Below are positions 11,122 to 23,597 of a stretch of 64,000 nucleotides of DNA, piece by piece. The stretch's first letter is position 1. Every line of letters begins with the position of its first letter. The notes beneath the pieces were generated by a model. That model was not told the DNA's origin and made no database searches. It saw nothing but the letters and a program-made list of their open reading frames with translations. Location: NCBI GenBank assembly GCA_004764695.1, contig SMSO01000014.1, positions 6,252,029 through 6,316,028 of the forward strand, written 5' to 3'. The DNA is from Schizochytrium sp. TIO01 (lineage: Eukaryota; Protista; Bigyra: Labyrinthulomycetes). A program made the position numbers and the translations under genes.

Positions 11122-12456
11122 CTGATTCCCAAAAGCAGAGGAGTAGCAAAGGGCACAAAGATCGATCGCGGGACGCCAGACAGCTACGACCGCGAGCCCC
11201 ACCTTGCCGGGCCCTGCCGCGACCTTGCCGGCGCTGGCGAGGGCCCTCCCGGTCCTCCGCGGCCTCCTCCGAGCGAGCAGCGAGCAGCCGGAAGGGCTGC
11301 TTCTTCGCTGGTCCAAGGCTGCGCTAGGGAACGGAGGCGAACTATGAAGATCGATTGATGAATCGATCAATAGAGCAATCCATCAATCAATCAATCAATC
11401 AATCCATCAATCAGTCAATAGATCTATCAATTACAAATCACGTTCTTAAAAGGCATTGGCGTATGTATATAATATGTATGTATCATTCGGCATCCGTCCG
11501 TCAGTGTATAAAATGAATATTTAAAATGTAATTTGAAAAATACTTTATAGTAAGATAGTAAAAAAAGGGAAACATCGGATTTTTATCATTGATTAAAAAT
11601 AATTGTTGAAAAAGCGATTTACTTTTATAGAGAAATGGCTTTGAAGAAGAAGAAGAAGAATCATTCCCTCCTTTTTGTGGCGTGGAGCGTCTCAAGCGAC
11701 ACAACCATACGCCACAAATAAGAGCCACAAATCAAGCTCGCCTTGAACCAAACGCAGACCAACTTCGATCGAAGAAAGCTGCTTGGTCCGCTTGGAACCC
11801 ATCGCATTCATCGGCAGCGAATGTCCTCCCACCTGGACGCGACCCAATCAATCCAAGAGACGGCTCCGGGATCTCAGACTATGTTATTATATTATTTATC
11901 TTCATCAGCACAATGAAGGATTGAAAGGGTGTGTACCTAGTTATGCTACTTCAAGATCTTTCATAGGACGACGGATTGAGTGACCCGGAATGCATGGAAT
12001 TGCGTGCGATCAAGGCACGGAAGCTCAAGATATTGTTCAAGATACTGCCAGGACCGACGCCATTCGCTCTCCAGCAGCAGCAGGTATCTAGTATCTGCTG
12101 TCGTCATTCGGGATCTTATGATGGCAGCTCTGACTGACTGACTCAATCGCTGCGGTGTCATTCAACATCGACGGTCGTCCTCAATGATGCCTCGCTCTTG
12201 AACGAGTTTCGAGACCTGCTGAAAGTAAGTAAAACGTTGTCGCTGTAGGCACGTACCAATGATCCACGATTAATTCGCAACAGGGGAGAGAGAGAGAAAG
12301 GGAAGCGCTCAACAGTAAGTAACCCGAAAGATCTACAGACCAAAGGAAAGATGAGGCACCTCTTTATTCCCAAGTTGTTGTTCTTCACATAGTGAGCTGG
12401 TGACCCCGTCCTTAAGAACCCTCGCGCTGCCTCTGATTCGACTTACCTTGCGAGTT

Positions 12457-12460
<4 letters not shown>

Positions 12461-12503
<43 letters not shown>
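12461..12503. repeat. (CAG)n trinucleotide repeat, ~14 copies
   Basis: Read directly from the sequence; not inside any credible ORF. Confidence 0.95.
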
Positions 12504-12504
<1 letters not shown>

Positions 12505-13789
12505 GCGGCACAGAGGAGGCACCCTGTCTTGACCAAGCCTTGACCTCATCTCGTGCCCCGAAATCATCAGCCACGCATCATCGCATCATCATCCATCATA
12601 CAAATCGTCGTCCATTCCGTGGAGACAGACAGACAGACGGACCCACAGAAGATCGAATTAAATACGCGGCCCCTTCGTTTCCTGCTCAATTCTGTACGCG
12701 GCGGCGCGTCTTTTAATGCGGTGGTCTCTCTCTCTCTGTCTCTGTCTCACAAAACACGATCATTGCGTCGTATTGGCCGTCATTGATGAAGAAGCACCGT
12801 AGTTTACCCATCGCATCGCAGGAGACTCCCTTGCGCTTGAGCGTTTACGATTATGAAAGCTCGCTCACTCCGAGCCCGTCAAAGCGAACTTGAGCTGGAG
12901 AGAGAGAATCTAAGGAGCCCGTGTGCGAGTCTTTGTTCGCGCGCGCGGAAGGAATAATGCATTGCCGGAGTTGCTTGCACCGGCGATGGTGTCGATGCGT
13001 GCAAAACGAAGGTCTTCGAGATCAAAGACACAGGTCACTCTAACTAACTAACTAACTAAGAAAGAAAGAAAGAAAGACTTTCTATAATCGCTTTGTTCCA
13101 GAATCAGTATGGCAATGAATTATAATCGATCTTTGCTTTTTCTTTAAATTAGCTTCTTTCTTTCTTCTCTTGACTATGTAAACTTTATGCAGAAGAAAGA
13201 CGCTCCTCTCCGGCAAAGTCACCGCGGGCACTATTGCTACCACCATTAAATATTCATTGCATGCATTCTTTTCGACTCCAACTCGTTTTATCCAATGTTG
13301 TGCCTCTTCTTTACATACTAGAGCTTGAAACACGCTTTAATCCATCCAAGTGTTTAATTCTACTGTACGTATTTGAAATTAATTAGCTCATTAAATTTGA
13401 CTCGGCGAAAGCAGCGCCTTAGAAAGACAGAGAACAGAACAGAACAGAGGACGGCAATCCCAAGCGAGGAAGCGCCTAGGCAACGCTTAGCTTTTGCTAG
13501 AAGAAAGAAAGAAAGACAAACAAACAGACAGACAAAGCCTGATGACGCAAGACGGTTCGCACACGTCATACGTAGTGCCTTCAGAGACTATGACATCATC
13601 GTTCGCCTTTCATCATTTCGTCATTTCGTCGTTTCATCGCCATCGTCGCGAAGGACGACGGACCGAGAGAGAGAGAGTGAGTGAGTGAGAGTGGGAGAGC
13701 GGCGGCAGTCGGGAAAGAGCGCTCTCCGAGAACCCGCGCGGCTTTGATTTCTTTCGTTCGTGGAGAAGTTGAAGAATGCAAAGATACAT

Positions 13790-14150
13790 ACGCACATATA
13801 TACGTATACATTCCTATTCATATATATATGTGCATACAGACGATATCTGAGTATATATATATACACTCAGATATGGTCTATGTTTGTACAGTTTGTACAG
13901 ATATATATCGATATGATCTCTCTCTCTTTAGATTATAGACAGATACATAGATATCATATGCATACAGAGAGACAGACATCTATAGAGATAGATTCAGATA
14001 TCTCTCTCTCTCTATATATATAGAGAGAGAGATATACTGATATCATATGTATCTGTTACAGATACTTATATACATAAAGAAGAGACAGAAGAGAAAGAAG
14101 AGAAAGAAGAGAAAGAAGAGAAAGAAAAGAAAGAAGAGAAAGAAAAAGAT
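13790..14150. repeat. (AT)/(AG)-rich low-complexity block with inverted repeats, followed by (AAGAAGAGA)n
   Basis: Inverted repeat atatctgagt/actcagatat at 13843-13874 and near-palindrome at ~13994-14040. Confidence 0.85.
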
Positions 14151-17100
14151 GTGAGTTTACGTCATGGCACCTTTGGATACGTAGTTGGCGCAGCGAGCCT
14201 GGACAGACTCCGTCACAGCTGCGTCACCGCGGGCGCGTTCGCGAGGCGGGCGGGCTGGATTGAGGCAGGGCGGCGTGCCTGCCTTTCTGCCTCTCTGCCT
14301 GCCTCTCTGCCTGCCCGGCAGCCTCTTCCGCACAGCGGCTGACCGGCTGCGCGGCGGTGGCGCCTCCGGAGCAGCGCTTGTGCCTTCGTGGCCTTCGCTT
14401 TTCTTTGTTTGCCCTTTCTGCAATTTTTAATTTACTTTTTAGACTTTTTAGTTTTCAATTTTGATTTTAATTTTAAAAAAAAAAAATGTTTTTTCGTTTT
14501 TTCTTTTTTCGTTTTTATTTTATTTTATTTTAAATTTGAATAAATTGAAATGAAAGTTTAACATTCAAACGATGATGTGACGGATTGATCCATTCTTCGT
14601 GGGCCTCCAAACCGTGATACGAATGATTCGACGATGATCCTGGAGGACGCCTTCCCGGCCCCGGCGATGATGCCGAGGCGGGCAGAAGCAAAGCGAAGCT
14701 GGGCCCAGGCAGGGCCTGCCTGCACTGCCTGGCCTGAGTGCGTCCGCTCCTTTGGGCGGAAGATGGCGGCGCTCTTAGATTTCGAACTGGAAAGGACTGA
14801 AGCAAACCCGCAAAGCCGGGCCTGCGGAAGCGAAGGCGAAAAGACAGCGACCGCGGAGCGACGGGGGAGGCACGCGAGGACGTGGGCAGCGAGGAGGGAC
14901 CGGCTGGCCCCAAGGCGGTTTGCATGGCAAGACGATCGAGGTCGTCGAACGAAGGCCATGGAAAACCGTGGTCAATGGGAACAAAACTGTCCCAAGAAAT
15001 TCAATTCATTCTCGGTAGGACTCGCGAAGATCCAAGATGGCTGGAGCTCGATCCCTGACGAAAGCGAGGGTCAGCTATACAGCTAGCTAGCTAGATTCGG
15101 GATGGCCTACGTGGCGCACGCAAGGGAGGAGGCATGCAGGATCCGAGCTTCTCCGTGTGCTTTAGAGGATTCGCATCACAGGGCCCGAATTGTCTCCAAG
15201 GTCTGCCGAGACGCACATTGATTCCGCGTGGTTCTGTAGCACAGCGAGTGATCTCGACGCGAGAGGCCTGCTTTGCTGCGGATCAGTCATGAAGTTAAGC
15301 TACCTGGCACTGCTCCGAGTTACGAATGAGCGCGAACTCCAAGCTCCAAGCTGGCGAGGAGAAACAATTTATCCAAAGGGAAAGCTTGAGTACCTTCTCA
15401 GAAAATGGATGCGTTCTGACATGCAAGAGTAGCTAAGCTTTTCCCAGCTACAAGATAACGTCGATGAGGGGCGCCGCCGGTTTGGAGGCCCATTCGCAGG
15501 AAATGAAAGCAGCGCCAAGAGCTTGAAGAAGCCCTTGATAAGTTGATATTCGCTACACCCGCGAGCCCATCAGGAAGTTTGTGTGTGCACATTATGCATG
15601 ATCGCCATGATGTCCTATCTACTACCATATCCACTCCGGAAATGATACCACTTCCCTGTACAATGAACTGCCACCCACGGATTCTCACGACAGGTACACA
15701 ACTTGGTGTCCAAAAAGATCTTCCCTCCTTCTTCGCTTCCTCGCGATACCGGAATCAGGATCGAGACTAACGATCGCCGCCGTTCTGTATACCTACTTGA
15801 GCCCGGCGTGGTTGGAGACGATGCCACGTGAATGACATCTGCACCGGATTGTGTTGCAATGTCTTGCAAGGGTGATATGTGTTTGGTTGATGGTTTTGGC
15901 GTTTCGCAGATGTGAACGGAATAGCACAAGGACCACCTGAACCACAGATTGCTGCAGATCTCAAGATACTGCTGCTGATGATGATATGATGCTGCTGCAC
16001 GAATACAGGCACAGCAATCGACGAGGAACGGAAGCGTAGTAGTGGACCCATGGGCGTGATATGACCTCTTCAGCAGCAAATTTGGGTCGGTTTCGATGGG
16101 CTCTCTTGAGGTGCAAACGACTACACAATGAAATTGTTACCAGGAATATTAAGATTGCCGCGTATCTGTCCCATAAAGCCCAGTGGGATTTTTTCTTTGT
16201 AGGGACTCCTGTGGGAAGAACGTGCTTATTCCATTTTAAAGTTTTATTTTATATTTTTTTTTAAATGGGCAATTATTATACCAGTATTTATAAAAGACAC
16301 ACAGTAGTAACTCGTGTTTGACAATATTGAAAAACATTTTTATTTTACTTTAAAAGCAGCTAACAATTATTATAATAAAGCATAAAACTTGTTTTAATTA
16401 AAACTAAATTCTTACATGTTTGTTGTTGAAGTTATCATCACCAGACCCTTTTTTCTTTTCTTTTTTTAAACTAAAGTTAACAAAAGTGCAAGTTTTCATG
16501 TATTGTAAGAAAGAAATTGAAATAAGGAAACCTACCTGGGAAACGAAAGGAATAGGGATAAGTCATTCTGAGGAAAGCTGTACTCTAAGCTTTGCTGTAG
16601 TTCTTCTGCTGTGTTGACACTGGGTAATACCAGATAGCGCTTCGTCGAAAGCAGACGAATGATAAGCATTGAGTTAGACATTATGACCAGAAAGAGAGCC
16701 CAAGTCAAAAGAAGGTTGGTGTTTCTTTTTTTTTTCTCTTTTTTTAAAAAGTTGCAATAGGTACTTTGGCAGTAAGTTCAAGTTATGCTCTACGAGTCTT
16801 TAAAATGTAAATTTATTTTAAAATAAAGTTTCTCTTTCTTTCTTTCTTTCTTTCTTTCTGAATGTTACCCAATCCGGGGAGACAGAAAAGTCAACCTTAA
16901 TTTACACGAAAAGAAAAGCCCGCCCAAAAAGAAAAGGAAAAGCGTGCCGCGTGAAAGCGACGTACGTATACCCATTCTCCTTCGAGCTACCTCAGGTATT
17001 TATTATACATTCATGATGCAATCATTTATTTATTTATTTATTTATTCATTCGAAGATCGAAGAAAAGAAATCAGGAATCGTGGCAATTCGCTCTCGTCTC

Positions 17101-18212
17101 TTCTCTTCTCTTCTCATTTCTTCTCTTTTCTTCTCTTTTCTTTGCTTCATTCTCTCTCTCTCTCTCTCTGTGGGCAAAACCCATCGCCATTCCAGTCTAT
17201 TACATTCACGTTCGCATGTAATTTAATCAAGTTCTGCGACCCAAACAAAACTCGCTCGGCAGAACGTACGTCCAAAGCAACGAGCGAGCGAGCGAGCGTT
17301 TTATCTTACACAGGCAAAGTAACTAAGGTCTCGGTTGTCTTGCCATGGTTATGCTTCAGGGTTTCATCTCTTTGCTTAGGCACTTGCCAATTCGCTTGCA
17401 TTGCATTGCATTGCATTGCATTGACGACTTGAATTGAACAGTGACGACGATGATGACTATTGTAACCACAGAAGTCAGGAAGTAGAGTAGTTCCTCGCTG
17501 ACTTGAAGTATTGCAATTTGCATACATGAATACATACATACACACATACTACCAATAGCAAAAGAATTGGTAGTGAAATGGCGGTGCTCTTCAGTGAAAG
17601 CAGTCCCAGTTTGCACAGCACAAGTATTATAGCAGGCGTGGGCGGCCACGGAGAGCTGCAGTCCCTCCGCGACGACGGCGGGTCTCGGCCCACACCTAAG
17701 GAAAAGAGACCACAAAACTCACTCACTTTTGGGACACTCGGGGTGGCCAGCCAGCTAGCTGGTTAGCGCCGCCTCGATGAGAGAACCTGCCGAGAGGAGG
17801 TTGGTTGCGAAGGAGCTAGAAGGTGGAGGACCTCGAAAGACAGGCATATTAGTACTCGCTCACTCGAGCAACCACATAACCATCCCGTCTCTTGTCTAAG
17901 CTTGAAGGGACTCAACGCCGTTGAAGCTAGCGTGGTCTAGAGCTAGCCGGCCTCGAAAGGTGATGATTGGAGGGCGGATTCATTTGGGGTCTTCTGAGAA
18001 GGTTTGCTTGCGTTCGTGCGCTGCGATGCAGATCGGAAGAGGTTCTGTCTGGCGCTCCCGACCTCAACTATGTCAGTTTTGTTTCAAGGAGAGAAAACTT
18101 AGAATTACGAACAAATGAACAATATTTTTTTTAAGATTTGTCATTTTTAATCGTTTGTAAAAAAAACAAATATTATTTTGATTTATGATTTATGTTCTGT
18201 TTTTCTTCTGCT

Positions 18213-21117
18213 TCATCTTCTACCAGTGCTCTCGTGCCGTCCCGGTCTGTTCGTCTGCGTCGCGTCACGTGCCTGTTCCATAAATTTAGAGTCTCCCCAA
18301 AAAACGCCGGCAAGATTGTTATGACCACCATCAATGGCCAAAACAATGTCATGGATAGTCTTGTGACAATCCCCGGCGTCGCAATGGATATATTGAATGT
18401 TTTGATGAAGGTCATCAAGATCTGATGTTCCAATTAGCTTTGGGTCAGCATCGCCGCGGCTTGGGTGACGCAAGAAAGAGCTCAAAAATTTACTCCCTGG
18501 TCCTGTCTGACAAACCATCATAATCACAGGACGACGACGGGATTCCCAATCTAAATCCAGCATGGAGTCAGTGCATCGGCGGTCCTTGTTATTGCCCTCA
18601 CACGAGTATTGGTTTTCAGCTTCAACTTCACGCTGTCGTTGAACAGAGGCCCGATCCAGGTCCAGCACGTCAACTCGGAAGAACTGTTGACACGTTTCGC
18701 GTATATTTCTTAATGTTTTCTTGTTGTAGACGCCCCAGTGAAAGAGATCATAATTACCCCCATCATACTGATATTTCTGAGACATAGTCTTGGACCTGAA
18801 AACCAGTTCCGGAAATACACTCACTAAGGCCTTCCTGTTCAGAGCATTAATTTTCTCAAGGGATTCGTCGTAGTTAGGGTGTTTAACCTGTATCATGACG
18901 GGGACGAAAGCTTCATCGCTAGTGAGATCCTCCACCGATGTACGACGCATCATCGTTATCACATCAGCACCAAAGTTATCAAAGGGGTAACAAAAGGGCT
19001 CGATGAAATCCATCCTGTCCTTCGAGGAGAGATCGTCCATGCTTCTTAACCACGCCAGCGTCTCCTTATAACTCCGGGTACAATTCCTCACCAATTTTCC
19101 ACATGACGATATTGTGGGCATTTCAAGATTTTCAAAGGCCAATGCGCGGCGGTCTTCATCGTCGTGTATAGTGGACTCCTTTGCATGTTTTAGTGTAGTC
19201 TCCATGTTTTTGAAAGCACACAGCATGGTATAATACTCTAAATAGACCGCCGGCGGCTTTTCCGTATCAACCTCACCCGTCAAAATGGCGTCTTTAACGA
19301 ACTCAAGAAGAGAACCATCCTAAAGAAAACTGTGCAGTGCCGCCTCGAGTACCAGAGGTTCCGTAAATGTGACTTTGATATTTATATCGTCTCTTCTTCG
19401 TGACTTATTTGGAGTCACTTGTAGGACTTGGCACAACCCTACATTGACCAGTTCTGGTGTAAACTCTCCCGATAACGGGGCGGGCTGATCTGTGAAGAGA
19501 TGTGTTACGAGTGCCTCTTTGACTTTGTTGAGTCTATCGGCATTTTCGTCGGCTTGGATCCGCTCGATTGCAGTCTGTGCGGTGGAGCTTTTTCCATAGC
19601 GCCAGGATAATCTCAATTCACGTTCAGATGTTGATACATCATCAAATGTGTCTGGCCGTGTCATGACTGTGACGAAGCGTCGTATCTCTTGGAGGAACAT
19701 ATCGTTGAGGTTTCCGGCGTTAGCATACTTTCGTGCCAACAGGAGATCCATGAATGCAACTGTCCACCTGGGTCGTCCTGTAAGCCACTTGCACGTGTAC
19801 TCAATAATACCCGGATCCAACGTGCCCAAGTCTAGAATACTTTCAAGATAGGCTTTAACACCATCCTTGTCTAGTGACTTAAAGTCATAATGCAAGGTAT
19901 CCTTGAGGTGCCTTTTCCCAATCGCGCTGGAAAGTTGTGTTACTATGTGGGCGACTGAGAAACCCGTACCAGAGAAGATGGGACAACACACATGACAATG
20001 TGAGGATTTTGCCAACTCATTGAGTGTTTTCGACATCGGGGAAAGTAAAGATCGTGACTCCTCTGCTACAGAGGATACAAAATGAACGTCAAGCGCAGTC
20101 GCCAACACTTGTGCCTCGTCAAAGGCTACATTAAATTTAATAGCGTCTAACGAGTCATCGATATTTTCCCAAACGATATCTAGTAAGGGATCTAATAGAT
20201 TCAATCTTTCGCTTAGTTGACTGGTATTGATCAATCCCTTTGAAGATTTTGAAACAAATGTAAAGAACATTATATCAAAGACATCGGATCCGAGGTAGTG
20301 GGTTGGTGTCAGTTGAACACGAAGCCATAGCTCACAGGTAAGTTTTTCTTTTAAGACGTGCCTGAGTGCGCAGAAAACGAGAAGGCGAACGAGTATCAGT
20401 ACGGTTGTGTATACGTGCGCATAATCACTAAATTCCCGAGGATTTGCTTCATTTTTAAAACGCTCCATGGCGGAGATCATGGTTTTTAAATCACTACTGC
20501 CTGGATTGAGCGTACGAGGATCAGCTGCGACGAAATAAAATCCGTAGCTTCTCACGAAAATCTCAAAAATTGTTCTGGTCTTTCCAGCACCTGAGGTGCC
20601 GTAAAAACCCACGACCGATGCGTGGTTGTTAGCAACAATATCTCCAAAGAGGGGGGATTCGTTAGGAAAATCCCTCCCAAGACCATGAGTAAGGAAATCA
20701 GGGGCCGTGGTAGAAGAGGAGAGGTTTCGTGGAATGTCGACGTCATTGCGGAGAAGGTCCTTGAATGTGCCTTGTGGCTTGAAACCTTCTATATCACGGA
20801 AAAATATATCCGAATCGCCTGTGATTCGCCGATACATAGTATCCAGGATCTTGGAGACCGGTGACATCACCTCATGGAAAATTTTCAGCGTATCCCGCTC
20901 AGCTTCTGCCGTTTTTAGCTGCCGCTCAGCCCGTTGTATGGGATCTTTTATAACTCTGAACTTGGTCTTCAGTGATCCCAGGTTGCTGCTGGATTTTGTT
21001 CTCATAATGCTTGATCTCTTCGTTTAGTTCACTCACGGCCCTTTCCGCATTCTCATAGCGGGCGAGGGCATCGTGAAGTGGAGAAGGCCACGACTGGTTT
21101 GTTGCGCCATCCGCCAT
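18213..21117 (-). pseudogene. Crinkler/RHS-type effector gene (coiled-coil header + P-loop NTPase + PD-(D/E)xK nuclease-like domain), ~967 codons, disrupted by a +1 frameshift (~20946-20949) and an in-frame TAG (19320-19322)
   Basis: ORFs 20926-21117, 19320-21005 and 18213-19283 join into one frame. Walker A is GFYGTSGAGKTR and Walker B is VAFDEAQVL, followed by PIFSGTG, WLTGRPRW and EPLVLEAA. The C-terminal FCYPFDNFGADVI...PVMIQVK resembles a nuclease core. Confidence 0.72.
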
Positions 21118-21280
21118 CCATGCCAGTTTGCTCGCTCTGAGTTTGGGGTTTGTTTGCTAGCTTGCATCCATTGAATCGAACAAGGGAAACTTGTTCTTGG
21201 GAAGTTCGGCGATAGAGGTGTGTGAGGCTAAAGAACATATTCGATTCATACCTTTTCTTTTCTTGTTATAGTCAGGTAGA

Positions 21281-22710
21281 ATGGAAAGCGGCCGACGCGC
21301 TAGGAGGTACGAACAACAGCGCGCGAACCTGGGTGTCCTTGGCAGAGGCTTCGTTGCCTTACTCGTCCTCTTTTACTTGACGACTTACCTACCAATACTG
21401 AACCCTGATGTATCTGATAATAGTCTCTTACCTGATATCGAAATACAAGACCTAGTGACTCGCCGCACTCCAGAGACGGCCATTGCCGTTCTTGGAACGT
21501 TCCTGTGATTCGACGCAAAATATTTCATATTTTTGGGGATAGAAGATCTTGAGCACACAAATGTATATGACGGACGCCAGTGCTAAGAGACCAACAACGA
21601 CTCCCGAGACGAGAAAGAGGAAACCATCGTCGCCCATTGCTGTTATCTATCGTCCTCGATGACCGTGAGTAATCCGGAACTTAATATATGGGAAAGTAAA
21701 TATGACGACGACGACGAGGGGGAAGAAGAAAAAGAACAAGAACATGGGCGAGATCCGCAATTTGATTTGACTTATACAATAGTAGTCAAGTTTAGTAGTC
21801 TTGCAATACAAACTCATGATTATCTGAAGTGACTTTCATGAATATGTTTTCATGCTCTGGTTGCTTACTGGGATGATAGCTTCGAACGCACGTGTTGACC
21901 AAACCAGATGAGCAAATCTTGTGTCAAGGAAAAGCAGAATGTAAAATGCTCTCGAGCGTGTTGGTTCTTTATTTGCTGCACAGTCGCTCAAAAATTCCGC
22001 TGCTGTCGCGAGTGCTTTGAGAAAGCACATTGTGAATATGATGCTAGGCAATGCCGGATCCTGGCAAGTCCACTCTCATCTTCTTCAAGTTTTATCTATT
22101 TATGTATTTATTTATTAAAATAACAGAATAACTTCCTTTTGACGGATTATCGTCGAGACTATTTTATTGATGATTTTCCTTACTGCCTACTTAGCCTCAC
22201 TAATACACGAGAGTAGACGCGCGATAATTGACAAGTCTGGGTTTGTTTGGCCTGAAGCCATGGAGATGCTTGCGGGTAGTAATTGGTCGAGGCCCACAGC
22301 CTACTAAGAAATCATTGGAAGGGAGATAGGAAGCTCGACTCGACGGAAGCTGCTTACTGATCTTTAGGATTGTCTCGAGAAAAGAAACTATATCAATGTG
22401 GGTCAACACCCTCGATTCCAAGCTCCGCAGAACAACTTACAGTATAGTGCAGATTTGAGATTATTCCCATATGTTTGCTTCCATGACCAAGAGATCAGAA
22501 TCAAAGGTAGGAGAGGGAGATATGGTGTGTTTTGATTGATTCTGGCACTACAAAGGTGAGAAATGTGCCTCAAGTGGGAAAATGAGGACTGCTAGGTCAA
22601 TCAAAGACCTATTAATTTTGCAAGAATATGGCCATACTTTTCTGAGTTCCCAGATGGTTTACCCGAGTATCGTAGCTGCAGCAGTGTTCCTGTTTGAGGT
22701 CTTTTGTCAT
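21281..22710 (+). pseudogene. Possible decayed gene for a type II membrane protein of unknown family
   Basis: ATG 21281, a basic N-terminus and a TM helix (GFVALLVLFYLTTYL). The frame continues through TGA and TAA stops into an acidic tract (DDDDEGEEEKEQE). More stop-interrupted protein-like text runs to ~22710. Confidence 0.3.
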
Positions 22711-22726
22711 AATTGAGAGCGATTAG

Positions 22727-22747
22727 AAAAAAAAAAAAAAAAAAAAA
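22727..22747 (+). repeat. Poly(A) run, ~21 nt
   Basis: Read directly from the sequence. Confidence 0.9.
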
Positions 22748-23597
22748 CTCTTCAGTATCATACCAACGAAATTACTTCAATAGTAGATTACTTTAATACA
22801 TTAATATGTTCAACACTAATTTCGAATAGAATGATGATCAACGCACTCATCAGAGTGGTAAACCTTGCAAACGTAGCAACAGTGATGGATTTAGCTTTCT
22901 CAAAAATGTACGGGAGATATCATGATATATTATAACAAGCACATGAATAAAAATTTAGCTTGTGATGCATATTGGACGGTTGCCAACGTCTGCATCGAAT
23001 ATGTTTTTACTTGGCATAGGCCCTTTTTGTAATGCCTTCAATTCCATAGATAGTCTGACGAATAACATCAACTTCGCTTGCTCATTGCTGTTTACAAAAC
23101 GATGAGGTGCTGAACATCATGCACGGATAGCAAACACTGCAGCAAGTGACCTTAACTTGCCCCAAAAGCTAGGTACCTACGTACCTACCTACCTATCAAT
23201 GAGTATCAAGAAGAGCTCTACTATTTTTTTTAAAGATTAGGCCCTGTTCTAAAAAAGGCTCGTGTTCTATATCAAAAATCGCATTGCAATACAAGATTAA
23301 AACGAAATGTGCATATACTCTAAAATACTAGTTTAATATGAAGCAGCAGCGCACTAAAAGAAGAAAGCAATGCCTGCGAAAAACGATGTTGAAAAGGCAC
23401 CAAAGGCGTCTGCAGACTGTGATCTACGTACGCTCTTAAGTCCTTTGGGGGCGCTGCTCCTCGAGCAGTTTCAGGGCGTTCTGTAGTCCCTTCACTCTAG
23501 CTAGCTTGACAGTTTCCTGCGTCGGGGTCCTGCGAGCTTTGCCTCCTAGGACCTTGGCAGGCCGCGAGCAACCAATCAACCAGCCAAACATCTTATC

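Noticed and set aside
12438-12455. U1 snRNA 5' end (ACTTACCT)
   Set aside because: No U1 stem-loops or Sm site follow; it is better read as a reverse-strand splice-donor-like hexamer.
8873-14430. Short ORFs with repeats such as FPFLS, KERKER, poly-S, LCFAL/KQSKA and HTYI/MYVC
   Set aside because: These are translations of microsatellites with no domain signal.
22727-22747. Poly(A) tail of a LINE/SINE
   Set aside because: No reverse transcriptase/endonuclease remnants or target-site duplication recognised.
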